A stretch of DNA of 64,000 nt from Camelus ferus (Eukaryota). Positions 27,444 through 39,760 of this stretch are shown in pieces. The notes beneath the pieces are model-generated. The model was not told the DNA's origin and made no database searches. It saw only the letters and a program-made list of their open reading frames with translations. Both the position numbers and the translations under genes were made by a program. The stretch is from positions 121,832,001 through 121,896,000 of the forward strand of contig NC_045696.1 in NCBI RefSeq assembly GCF_009834535.1, given 5' to 3'. Within the stretch, counting starts at the first letter, position 1. Each line of letters starts with the position of its first letter.

Positions 27444-30400
27444 CTGTCAAAACAAAGCACAGAGGTTGGTGTCCTAGAAGGTCACAGCAAGCTGAGCCTC
27501 AAGATGGGCACCACACCCAACTGGGCACATTGTCCTGGAGGTACAATCACCACGAGGCAGACCCTCCAGTCTGCCCCCTCGAGGGGCGCCTGCAGCACCA
27601 GGATGAGACCCAGCACGGAACAAGACCACACTCATCTTGGGCCTGTCTTTTCCCTGGTTGTCTTCCCTTGGTCAAAATTTTAACTTTTTGTCATCAATCA
27701 AAATGTTTAAGGATAGGACTGAAAAACAGATAACTTTCAGGTAACATTTTTTAAGAAAAAAAGTTTACAATGTTAATGAAATCATCTTAACATTGAAACT
27801 CAACATGAAATAGCAAAACCATGGATTAACACTGAAGTTTTTTTGCACAGAAGTAAACTGTGTTGGGCAGGTGAGGGTTCTGAGGGTGGGGTGGGGTGTG
27901 ATGTTTTCGAAAAGCTGGATAATGTCCCAATCCCAAACCCGATGACAGATGGTAGCAACTCCATCATAGACAATTTTGTTTTCTTCTTTCAAAATAAATC
28001 CTTGATTAACCCATCAGAGGTGCTGAAAATACAGTCTAGGGAGGGTTCCCAGGGATACATTCATTCCATGGAGTGTGCTGGAATATTCAAAATCTGTTCA
28101 CCTTAATTTCTCACAGCATTCTCGTGAGGTGAGTGTGATCATCATCAATGATCTGAGGGGAAGTTGAAGCCCAGGTGGGGTGAGTGACAGGAAGCAGGTG
28201 AGCAGAAGGGACAAGCTACAGACCAGGGTGGGTGGAGCTGACATCTGTGCAGGTCTGGCTTCACACACCAGGACGCCTCATGCTCGGTCAGAAAGCCAGG
28301 AGGAAGTGTCCCCTCCTCCTGGGAGGAGAGCTGATCTTCACCGTCTACACAGCTTCTACTGTGTAGCCCTCTGGGTCTTTTTTGAACATGTTTCCTTTGG
28401 CAAAAACTCTTTGAAATGAATTAATGTAACTATAAATAACCTGAAAAATAGGATTTACTTCAGAGGATGAGTTGGTATCAGAAACTGCCAAACCATTTTC
28501 CAAAGCGGCTGTGCCATTCCTCCATCCCACCAGCAGTGTAGGAGAGTTCTAGTTCCTCCACATTCTCATGCATTTAGTATTGTCAGATTTTAATTTTTTT
28601 AAATTTTAGTTTTCCAATAGGAGTGTAGTTGTATCACATTTGTATAATGGTTTTAATTTGAATTTTGGTAATGATTAATGCTATTCAATATCTTTTTGTT
28701 TATTTATCATCTATTTACCATTTATATATCCTGTTTGGTGAAGTAAAGCTCAAACAGCTGCCACGTCAAAGGTAAACAGAATAAACTCACCTATTAAAAG
28801 ACTCTCAGATTGGATTAGAAGGAAATCCAGCCCCACACTGTACATAGTAGGATGCACTGAAGACTAAGTGCTCAGAAGTTTTCAAAGTAGATGATGGCAA
28901 AGACAGCCAGGGAATTACAAGTGAAAAAATGTAGGGACTTTACTATTTATATGGGGAAAAGGTGAATTTATGGCAAAATACATTAAGACTAAAAAACAAA
29001 AGTGCAGTGTAATAAAAAATAGAAGGCAAAATGCTTTTCTGTTATAATTATCTTTGTACCAGATAGTACAACATCAACATTCAGAGAGCAAAATCCAAGG
29101 AGAAATAAGAAGAAACAGAAACACATTAGTGAGGATAATTTACTTAAAAAAAAAAAAAATCCCCTAATAGATCAAGGAGAAAAATAAATGATCCAAATCC
29201 CATGGGAGGTGATCAGCACTTGTTAAAGGAGACTAAGTCGTTCTACTTCAGATAGAGACCAAGATCTCAGAGTAAAGAAGTAGGGGGAGGGGAAGACTGG
29301 GGCTTTTACAGAGAAGAAACTTCAAGGTAAATATATTCTCTCAGGAACAGGAGCTATTTTAACTAATGTGTTTATGAAAGGGAAGAACAATGAATTCAGT
29401 GTTGGAAATTTGATTTGTTTTTAAATAAAATAAAATGATATTATAGCATATTGAAAGCTTACAGATAAAACAATTTATATATTGTTTTGCAAATATGTAT
29501 ACAAAACTTACAGATGAAAAGTGCAGTACTGTTTTACAGAAGGTGAGCACTAGACACAGACATGGGGATGTCCTGCGGGAAAAGATGGGTTTTCAAACGG
29601 GAAGGGAAGAGAGGTTTTTTCTTTCTCATTACGTGTTGTTCTGAGTGGTAGGTCATTTGGAAAAAACCAAAAACAATCCTAAAACCATCTCCCTACCTCA
29701 TGCCTTATGTAAAATGAATTACAAGAGACTGAATTGTATATTCTTTAAAAACTCACATGTTACTACAACAAAACAGAGTAATTTTTTAAAATTTGAAACA
29801 AAGTTGGATTCTTATTCACACTATTGGCCAAGATAAATTTTGAATGGATATAAGATTTAAATGTAGAAAAACAAAGCTATAAAAGTATTGGAAGGAAATA
29901 GTGATGAGCTCCTCTGTAAACTTGTCAGAAGGCAGGCTTTCTAATGCTAACTCACAACACAGAAGCCATAAAAGGAAAAAAATATGTTAAACTGACTATA
30001 ATTTTTTTGTAAAAAAAAAAAAAGAAAAAGATGATGTACTAAGTGAAAAAAGAGAACCCACAAGTTCTAGAAAAGGTAAATAAGGGCCTCCTAACATCCA
30101 GGAAGAATCCGACTACCTTATGGATAAACGTGTACGGACCCTTAACAGTGTTTTATGTACAATTTTTAAAAATACACTGATAAGGGAATATCTCTATATT
30201 TTAGGTAGAATCTTTTTGTGCAAACTGAGAAAAAAATAAGAATCTAAAGAACTTCTAGAAGTGAACAAACATGGTTTACTCATGGTGCGGGCTGGACAGA
30301 GGGCGGCAGGGGGCCCTGTGTACCTGCTCGTGCTTTTTTATATTTTCAGTATAAAATCTAATTTGTAGATTACCTGTCTACAAATGAAAAAGAGAAAAAG

Positions 30401-31085
30401 GAACCTGTACTTGTCTGGTGAAGAGACCCAGGCACACGGAGACTCAGAAATCACCCAGGACCCCCTGGTTGGGGAAGTGTTTGGAGAGTCCTGAGCCAGC
30501 TCGTGCTACTGGAGCCAAAACGCCAGGTTATGAAGAGCAGGTTTTAAACTTCACCTGAGGCCTGTTATCTAATTAGTAGCCAGGATTTTCATTTCACGTC
30601 TGGAGCAGGGAGTCAGATGGGTTCCCCCAGCCTCTGGCTCTGGGCCCCTGGTCCCCTGGCCTCCTGGCTTTCCCCAGAAGGGCTGAGACCCAGGACAGAG
30701 GCCTAAGATGATAAGGACGTGTGGAAGGCAGAGGACAGAGGGCAGGAGTGTCAGGTGTCCGGGCAGCAGAACAAGGGAACCCCCTGGTGTCCCTGGGGTG
30801 GCGCATTGGGTTTGATGCCAGGCCAGTGGGGCCTTTGAGCACAGGTCGCCGGAAGGGGAGAAAAGTGGGCAGGGGGCTCCGGAGGAGGGGAGCTGTGTAG
30901 CGACCTGGGGCCAGGACCCAGATGCCAGAGCTGGGCCTGTCTGACAGGGAGCTCAGGAGGGACTCAGCTGCTGCTTTGGGCCCTGGCCGGAGGTGGGGGG
31001 TAGGGGGATACTCAGACCTGGGCTCCTGGAACACCCCTCCCCTCCTTTCCCTTCCTACTTGGGTCCCAGCGCCCCTTGCCCCATC

Positions 31086-31316
31086 CTGCCCTGGCCTTCC
31101 TGTGCCCCACACACACCCCGATGCTTCCCTCTCCACTGCCCCACCTCGACCCTCCCTGCCTGCCCAGAACCACCCCTGGGCACCCCCGACCTGCCCTAGC
31201 CTACCTGCACCCCACATACACCCCGATGCTTCTCTCTCCACTGCCCCACCTCGACCCTCCCTGCCTGCCCAGAACCACCCCTGGGCACCCCCGTCCTGCC
31301 CTGGCCTACCTGTGCC
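31086..31316. repeat. 105-bp tandem duplication (2.2 copies) overlapping the CCDC201 exon-1 donor
   Basis: Near-identical units start at 31086, 31191 and 31296. Confidence 0.92.
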
Positions 31317-31327
31317 TGGGGCTCCAT
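31310..31327 (-). CDS. CCDC201: CCDC201 coding exon 1 (MEPQAQ)
   Basis: gcaggATGG Kozak context (-3 A, +4 G) and donor CAG|GTAGGC. Resembles the remembered human first coding exon MEPGVQ and is phase 0, matching exon 2. Confidence 0.75.
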
Positions 31328-31975
31328 CCTGCTTCCCTGCTGGGGACTGGACGCCTTGGATAGCTGCAGCTCTCAGCAAGCCCCGGAGCCCTGAAGTACC
31401 TGTGGAGTCCGCACCACAGGCCCAGGCAGGTGTGTAGGAGCTCACCTGTGTGTGGTCTTCATCTGATGACCTCGTGGTTGCACAGGCGCAGGGTGGCTCA
31501 GTGTGGGGGTGGGGAGCTTGGCCTCCAGCCTTGAGGGTCTCCACCTGGCCGGTTCCTCTGTGTGCATGTTCTAGAAGTCAGGGACCCCCAAACAATGAAC
31601 CAGTGGGGTGCTCTCACTGTGTGCCAGGTGGTTTACGGACATCACCACAACATCATAAAGGATTGGAGATCATCACCCCAAATTAGTCCCTATGGCATCC
31701 GAGACCAGAGACATTACATGTCTTGACTGGAGCACGGAGTCAAAAGGTAGGAGACCTAAGAGTGACCACAACAATTGGACTCTGAAGTCCCTTTTGATGT
31801 GAGAACTCCTTATCAGCCTTCATGCAGTGTTCCTTAAACTTGAGCTGATTGGAACCTCTGCAGGGCCTGTGGGAGCCCTGAGCTGGGCCCGGCCCAGATT
31901 CAGTCTGCATGGGGACCCATATTTGGTATTTCCAGTGACTCCCAGGTGACACTGAGTTAAAATGGTGATACCACC

Positions 31976-32518
31976 ACAGAGTACTGGTAACTTAACCCAC
32001 TAATATTCCATCTTGCCTTAAGCATCTGCGGGGAGTGGGACCAAAATGAGGAAGCAACAGCTGCCACCTGAGCCCCACTGTCTGAGAATGTCTTTATGTG
32101 AAGGAAAAGCCTGGTTGGGCTAACTCGTAAATCTAAGTGTAACAAGTGTCGGATTACTGATCTGAGCTCTGCTGGGCTAACTCCTAAATCTAAGTTAATA
32201 AGCGTCAGTTTGCTGATTCCCTGCTCACATTTTCTTTGCTAGCCAGTTGGATTTTCAGAGACATATCTGGCCTTAGAATGTCGGTTTGCTGCCTCCCTGC
32301 CTCTGCTTTTGTGATAATGATGCTGCTAAAGCTGTTCCATACCTATTGGCCGAATACCCCAGGCTTGTAATTAACCCCATAAAACCTGATGCGCACGTCT
32401 TGGAGGTGCTCAGAGCTTCGGAGCAGAAGCCCCTCTGACCCCGCCGGCGTAATACATCTGAGTACTCCAACCCTCCGAGTGGTGCTTGTTTCTTGGCTGG
32501 CCTGTCATTTCCGTAACA
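31976..32518 (+). mobile_element. ERV-type solo LTR upstream of CCDC201
   Basis: TG...CA ends, a duplicated gggctaactc(g/c)taaatctaagt U3 motif, TATA-like cataaaa (~32378) and an aataca signal. The left end is approximate. Confidence 0.6.
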
Positions 32519-34309
32519 TTTCGACTTAGAGTACTTAGTGGCTCACTTGGCTAGCATGGAAGGAAATCACAGAGAAATAGGAAAGACGTCACCTAATGTA
32601 TTCTGGAAAAAGATGGCTTTTTGTACAAGTATATACTCTATCCCCCAAATTCTTACATGCTGCTTTTATGGAATAAAAAATCGAATGTAAAGAGATAAAT
32701 ATATATATAGAGAGAATGGAACATATATATATTCCATTCAGTATATCACAGTAATTAATGACCATGGAGAAAATTAGTATTCTTAAATAAAGATAGCCTA
32801 TGAATAGCTTTCTTTTTGGAATAAAATGTTGAAAATGTTTAACCTTAATTATGTCACTAAGTGTGGACTGATTGATGATTACAGAAATCTTACCAGCAAT
32901 GATATAGACCAATATCAAAAAGGCTAATTGCCTTGTATTCATTCTAGATCAGATAATTTGGTCCTTTCACAGTTTATCAGTTCCTAGGATCTTTCCTAAA
33001 AATTAGTAAATTAACTTTCTCAATGAGGTATTATGCTTGAGTGTCCTGAGGGTAAAACAAAACATTGATGAACTATTTTCCCATGGCAAGAATATGCTGT
33101 AGGAGTCACATTTGAAAAATTAGTTGAAGTTCAGCTTTTCTTTATCGTTCTATCTCCTTTTCGGATTCGAAGGACTTTTGCAATTCCCAGTGGGATAGTA
33201 TAGGAAATAAAGATAGAGGAAGGGTCAAGTGTGATTATGGACATTCGAATCTTCAGTGACTTTGAAAATTATAGGCAGGCACCTGGGGGGACCCATGCTA
33301 GATAGGACCTTGGCATCCTTCTGCAGTTGTGCCTTTTTGTAAATCACTATCCGTCTGACTGGCTTCCCTCACGTGGGGAAGCACCAAGGTAGGTCAGGAG
33401 GCAGAGGGAGCGGGGAGATCATGAGCAAGAACCTTTACTGCCCATGGGCAGCACAGCTGAGGCAGTGTCAGCAGGTTTAGGATGGGCTAGTTTGAACAAT
33501 TTCAGCAGCATCGGGGGCACAGGGCTTCATTACCTCGTACCCAGCCTTTGGGGTGATTGGGACAAGGGAATAAGGTGTGGCATGTAAGAGCCCAAAAGGA
33601 GGTGATTGGAGGTATGGGCTCTGGATCACTTGGTTTACATTTGAAAGACACACATAAGGGGGAGTTCTTTATTATCTCTAAGAATTGGCTGACACTGGCA
33701 GGGGCAGTTCTTTCAAGCTAGCAAGTTCTCAGATGTCAGAGGGTCAGGATACAAAAAATAAGATGGTGAATACAATCATATGATGCTGCAGGTGTGCAGT
33801 AAGGAGCTGTGACTACCTAGTGTATAGCTCTGGTCTGCTAACTAAGGACAAGAAAATCTTAAGATGTTATAAATAAACATGAAAGGAGGCCCCAAACATC
33901 AAAAATCTGCCCAGGGAGGGAACTGTTTATAAGGCGGGGAGCAGACTTAGCCTTGAAGCCTTGGGACTGACTCTGAGATTCCCGATACCCATGCCGATCA
34001 AGCTCTGGGTGAGTGATATAAACCTCTTTCTCTAAGTGAGTAGCTCCTGGGGATTAGATGGGGTAAGGGGAAAAGCATTAAATGAGAATGGCAAGGGCAG
34101 AGAAAGAACTTTGAAAAAATCTTTTCAAGATGAGCCATCAAACTAAAACAAAATATATGAGAGATATGAAGACAGTGAAAAAATGATGAGTTTTTTTCAT
34201 TTTTCAGTCAAGTGAAAAAATGACCAGTCAAGAGATGAGTTTGTTTCAGATAAAAATGAAAAAAAAAAAATCAGCAGTCTTAAAATGACTTTAAGTCTGT
34301 TTAAAATCC

Positions 34310-36060
34310 TGTCTTTGTCAGCTTGAGCTGCCATAGTGAAATAACGTAGTGTGGGTGGCTTAACAACAGAAATTTGTTTTCTCTCAGTTCTGGAGGCTGG
34401 GGTGTCCAAGATCAAGGTGCTGGCAGTCTGCTTCTGGTGAGGGCTCTCTTCCTCCCTGGCAGAGGGCCATTTTCTCACTTAGTCCTCACTTGTCAGGGAG
34501 AGAGAGAGCTCTGATGTCTCTTCTTCTTTATAGGGACACCGGTTCTAACATATCAGATTACCACACTTCTGACTTCATTTAACCTTCATCATTTTCTTAA
34601 AGGATCTTTCTCCAATATAATCACGTAGTAGATTAGGGACTCAACATTCAAACTTGGAGTGGGGGACACAATTCAGTCTAAAGCAATATGACTCTAGCTG
34701 CCCCAAATTCATGTCCTTATCATGTGCAAAATACACTCATTCTATCCCAAAAGCCCCCAAAGCCTTAACTCATTCTAGCCTCAACTCTAAGTCTACAGTT
34801 CAGAGTCTAAGTATCATCTAAATGAGATATGGCTGAGACTCAAGGTACAATTCATCCTGAAACAAAATTCCTCTCCAGCTGCGAACCTGTGAAATTAGAA
34901 AATTCATATGCTTCTGAAATTCAGTGGTGGGACAGGCATAGACATTTCCATTCCAAAAGAAATAAATAGGAAGGAAAAGATGAGGTGACAGTTAAGAAGC
35001 AAGTCCAAAACCTAGTAAAGCAGATTGTATTAGATTTTAAGGTTTGGGAATAATCCCTTTTGGCTCCATGCCCCACCTTCTGGACCCACACAGGTGGCAG
35101 TCCTCTTGCTCTGCCAGGTTGAGGGTTTATCCCCAAGGCTTCAGTTGGAGGTGGTATTGAGACAGGATGGAAGGGGGCATGGCACAGCCATTCAAGGAAT
35201 GCCACAGCAATTAACATAAAAATGGTGGAAGATTCAACACCCAGTAGACCTTGAGGCTCAAGATGAAGAGAGATTTAACTTCTAGTAGACCTTGAGCTTC
35301 ATTATACGCTCATTGTAATATATTAACATGGTGAATAACATGCCCACAGGCACCATGGCAGTCCCAAGGCTAGCCACGAAAGGTCAAAGGGTAGGAAATA
35401 GCCAACTTCCTGGGAATCCCAGCCCCTTCCCCAGGCTACCTAGACTGGCCCTTCCATTTATTAGCATATGAAGCTACCAAGCCCATAAAAACTGGCAACA
35501 AGGTGCCTCGAGGCTGCCTCTCTCTCCCCCTCTTCGGAAGCGGCCCACATTCTGTCTATGGAATGTGTACCTACTTTTAATCTGAGCACCCAACCCCCAC
35601 AGCTCCTGGCCTTTCTCTTGCCTTTCAATCTATCTGAATAAATCTACCTTTACTCAACTGTGGCTCCCTCTTGAATTCTTTCCTGTGTGAAGCCAAGGAC
35701 CCACACTTGGCGAGGCACGTCCCAGGGGCTCAACTGAACCCTGGGACACAGCTCTTCTCACACCCCACATCTATTTTCCTGCATCAGTATGGCCTGTTGA
35801 AACTGAGATCATGGTCCCACTCCCTTGAAGCTGAAGAGGCAGACCTGATGGTCTCTCAGTGGCCTTTGGAGTCATTCTTCCCTTTTCTTAAAATATGGTG
35901 TATATTGGCAGCCAAACAGCTCTGTGGTCTCATCCTGCAGAATGTAAGATATTTGACAGCTTTGATTTCATCCTGTCTCAGTCTCCTTAACTGGCAGTGT
36001 TTCTGACAGTATAATCCCATCTGTGTTCCTGGCTTTTGTGGAGGTGGCTGATTACATTTG
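34310..36060 (-). mobile_element. MLT1 LTR plus internal sequence, interrupted by a younger LTR
   Basis: Signature gtcagcttgagctgccatag...ttctggaggctgg; similar to 5168-5850. Confidence 0.7.
35158..35786 (+). mobile_element. ERV1-type solo LTR with 4-bp TSD GTAT
   Basis: GTAT|TGAGAC...GCATCA|GTAT, with cataaaaa TATA (~35484) and AATAAA (~35637). Confidence 0.88.
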
Positions 36061-36592
36061 TGGTTCTAATCCTTGTTAATGTTTCTTAATATTATTCTAA
36101 AATGTATTTATTAAAGCAGGGATAGAATGTCATATACACAAAGATTAAACCTAGCACTGTAGTGTACCTTAATTCACCATGATGAGTACAGTTACATTAG
36201 ATAGTATTAATGTTTATTTTCACATGCTCAGATTTATCATTTTATTTACTATATAAAAAAATGAAATGATATGCTATGATTGGTTACTTGCTTAAGCCAG
36301 CTGGAAAAGTTTGAGGACCAGGCTCCAGATGAGAAACATAGGTAACTTTGCCTGTCATAGCACACTCAGGAGCCCACACTCTGAGTAGCTGAAACACACA
36401 GGTAAGAAATGACTTTGAAAACATGAACACTTTTGTGACCTCAGAATAACTCAGTAAAGAAGCAAGTTGTGAAACTGGATGCAAAATGTGATCCTGTATT
36501 TGTTAAAACAAAATCATATGTCTACATATGCATTCAATAACTTCTAGAATGATACATTCACACATTTGACAATGGAATTCTTTTTCTCTCTT

Positions 36593-36890
36593 TCCTTTTT
36601 TTAACTGAAGTATATTTGATTTACAATGCTAATTTCTGGTGTACAGTATAGTGATTCAGTTATACATATCTATTTCTTTTCATGTTCTTTTTCATTATAG
36701 GTAACTACAGGTATTGAACAGTTCCTTATGCTATGTAGTAGGACCTTGTTGTTCAGCTATTTTTTTCTGTTCAGCTAGCTTTTTTTAAAGCTATTTTATA
36801 TACAGAAGTTAGTGTGTACAAATCCCCATCTCCAAATTTATCCCTCCCCACCCCCTTTCACCCATGTGAGTCTGTCCCTGTTTTGTAAAA
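36593..36890 (-). mobile_element. Short L1 3'UTR insertion
   Basis: ttttttaactgaagtata...tttacaatg tail. Confidence 0.75.
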
Positions 36891-36911
36891 AAGAAATAGA
36901 GATATGCCAGG

Positions 36912-37394
36912 TGTCGACTGAAATAAATGTGCAGCCTAAAAGTTGAGAGTTATGTTTTATTTGGGGGGAGGACTTGACCTGGGATGACAGCCTCTCAGAT
37001 CGCTCTGAGGGACTGCTCCGAAGAGGTAGGGGAGGAACTAGGATATATAGGAGCTTTACAACAAAGACCAGGTAGTTGGAACAATAAAAGATTACTTGTT
37101 ATCTAAAGAAAGCCAGGTATCTCAAGTTCAAGAGTTTAGTGCTTTTCTATGTATGGGAGGGAGCAAACACTTGGGCTCACTGAATTCATTCCTTTGACAA
37201 GCACCTAGCTATCTAGCGTGAGTATCCAGTCCCTTCTTATTCTGAGTCCCCTCAGAGGGCACCATTGTGAGTGGCTGCAGAGGCCAGGCTTCAGGCTTGT
37301 CTGCACTGTGGGGGGTGGCAGCAGCCACTGATGACTTGATGGTTTCAACATTCTTTGTTTACTGATATAGTTGGCAGTATTTTTCGGGTTCACA
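36912..37394 (-). mobile_element. ERV1-type solo LTR with 4-bp TSD CAGG
   Basis: CAGG|TGTCGA...TTCACA|CAGG. Confidence 0.85.
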
Positions 37395-37399
37395 CAGGC

Positions 37400-38350
37400 A
37401 TATATGGAGCAAAAAAGTGCTGGTGTCACAGTATCCATCAAAATAGAATATGAAGCAGAAGCATTAACATGAATAAAGCATATAAGCCGCAGTCTATGAA
37501 AAGATAAAAACTATAAATTTATGTATACTTAACAATAGAAACTTAAACTGTAAAACATCAAAAAACAATTATCAAAATCTCAGAATTATAAAATAAAATT
37601 GAAATACTCATAATCCTAATGGCAGAATTTAGCACCTCCCTTAGAAAGTACTTATTTGGAGAATATACAGAGAGGATTTGAGTAACACACATAACATGAT
37701 TGTAAATATATATATTTCTGTACCCAAAAGAGAACCCAACATAGAATCCACATTCTTCTAAGGCATGCATGCTACATTTTAAGTGTTTACATAACTTACT
37801 GTATACTTTCAGTCATAAAGAATCACCATAATTCAAAACATTATCTGATCACTATGCAATTAGAAATTAACTATTAAAAATGGTAATGAAAATCATACAG
37901 GTTGGAACACCTGAAAATACAAAAAGGCTAAGGAATGAATGGGTTAAAGTATAATTCACAAATAATATTATAAAATGTTAATCACTGAGTTATAATTTGA
38001 ACTAAAATAATAAAAAATAAAAATGTGTGAGATATAACTAAAGCAGTGCTTAGAAATAATGAATAGTCTTAAATATATTCATTACAAATAAGTGAGCTAG
38101 CATTTAATCCAGGAAACTAAACGAAGAAATCAAAAGAACAGTGGGAATGCTGAAGCAACAAAATCATAAAAACAACACACAAATTAATAATCTAGGAAAA
38201 ATATTAATAGAGAAAATAAAACTCCTTTTAAAGCTAGTAACCTCGGCAAGCCTCTAGAAAGTTTGATCAAAATAGATATAGTGGAATATAATACAGAAAT
38301 TAGAATCAGGCCTACATGTATCAATATATGGAAATTTTAAAACATACGTT
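37400..38350 (+). mobile_element. Old L1 ORF2 (endonuclease region) fragment
   Basis: A-rich, with L1-like acattcttctaaggcatgcatg and ttatctgatcactatgcaattagaaatt. Confidence 0.6.
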
Positions 38351-38689
38351 AAGGAAAAGAATAAAGTTGCTGAATGATAACAAATTGTATAATTTTAATT
38401 CATTGAATAATGTTTTATGTGCTTATATATAAAAATATGTATATCTGTGCATATGTATGAGTATATTGTGGGTATTTATGGAATAAAATTACCTATTAAC
38501 GTTTTATCTTAAAGTTTGAAGCACTGTGGTAAAATGCTAGCATTTAAAAATCTAAGAAATAAAATAATACACAAACGCTTGAAATTTTTCACCTTTCCTT
38601 TATCCATCCCATTCCCTTCCTTCCTTCCAAAGACATAACCATTATCCCAAAGTCAGTGTTTTATTTTACTTTCCCAACTTTTTTTTTCC

Positions 38690-39760
38690 CAGGCCCACGG
38701 CCTGGGGAGGGGCTCCGGCGAACGGGCCCGGGGCGGGTTCCCCTCCCCTCCCAGGTTTTGGAAAACCTCCAAACACCTCGGCGGCAACTCCACTAGCCGG
38801 GCGCGCAGGTGCCGCCGTGGCCATCCTCCCGCCTCAGGCGGCCCGGGAACAGGCCACCGCGCCCTCACCCGGCGCTCGGGATGGGCTGAGCGGGGCCAGC
38901 GCCCGCGGCGGGGACCCAGCCCACAGGCAGCGGCCGTTTTCCCGCGCCGCTAGTGCGCGGGCGCGCAGTCCCCACAGGAAGGCGGGTGCGCGCTTACCCG
39001 CCGCGGCCCCCGGCGAGCGCGTCAGCTGGGAACGCTTCGGGAAGGCAGGCCCCTCCTGGCAGCGACGCAGTAGGCTCCGCGGCCAGCAGAAGGCGGTGCG
39101 GACCCGAGGCCGCTGCGGTGCTACTGGCATGTGGACTGTGCCAGCCCCCCGGGGGCAGCTTAGGATTGCAGCTCCGGTGAAGGCCAGCCCCACCCCCACC
39201 CCCGGCTCCTACCTCCCCTGCCACCACCCTGTAACCGCTCCCTCCCCCGACGTAGGGAATAATAGGATGGAGACGTCTGGGGGAGACTAGGCCGACAGCC
39301 GGCGGCGCCGGGTGGACAGCCGAGGTGAGTGCAGGTGATGACAGCGGAGGGGGCGGGGAAGGAGGGGGAATGCGGCCGCCGCCACCGCGCGGGGCCTGGA
39401 AGCCCCGAACTAAAGAGGAGGCGGGGAGAGAGCGAGGGAGCGAGTGCTGGGAGCGGGCGGGCGGGCGGGCGCGGGGCCCCGCGGGGGAGGGAGGCCGCGC
39501 GGGCGCCGGGGCGAGGGCTGTGGGCGCGGTGAGCACTCTCCTCGCTCCCAACCCCACCCGCAGCCTGGAAAGTTGTGCCACCGCTGCTCCGGCGCTCCAG
39601 CGACGGCGCGGAAACCTGTGAGGCGCTCAGGCCGCCGCGCCCCCGCCCCGGTCCCCGCGCCCCCCACTCCTCCGCACCCTGCCCAGACGCTCGGACTCGC
39701 CCGCGCCCCGCAGGGCCCCGGAGCAGGCAGGTGCCAGTGCCTCCCGCAGCCCCCCAACTG
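38690..39760. promoter_or_regulatory. CpG island / probable (bidirectional) promoter of an unidentified gene
   Basis: About 1.07 kb, very GC-rich and CpG-dense, with several GGGCGG boxes, inside AT-rich flanks. Donor-like sites: + strand gag|GTGAGT (39325) and gcg|GTGAGC (39529); - strand cgg|GTAAGC (~38996) and cgg|GTGAGG (~38866). Confidence 0.8.

Noticed and set aside
30594..31544. 316-aa minus-strand ORF
   Set aside because: It starts at GTG with no in-frame upstream ATG, is GC-rich, and is lengthened by the 105-bp repeat. The CCDC201 start is in a different frame.
31446..31544. Alternative CCDC201 first coding exon ending CAG|GTGAGC
   Set aside because: It is in frame with exon 2 but has no ATG before the upstream TGA (31578-31580). 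At most a 5'UTR exon.
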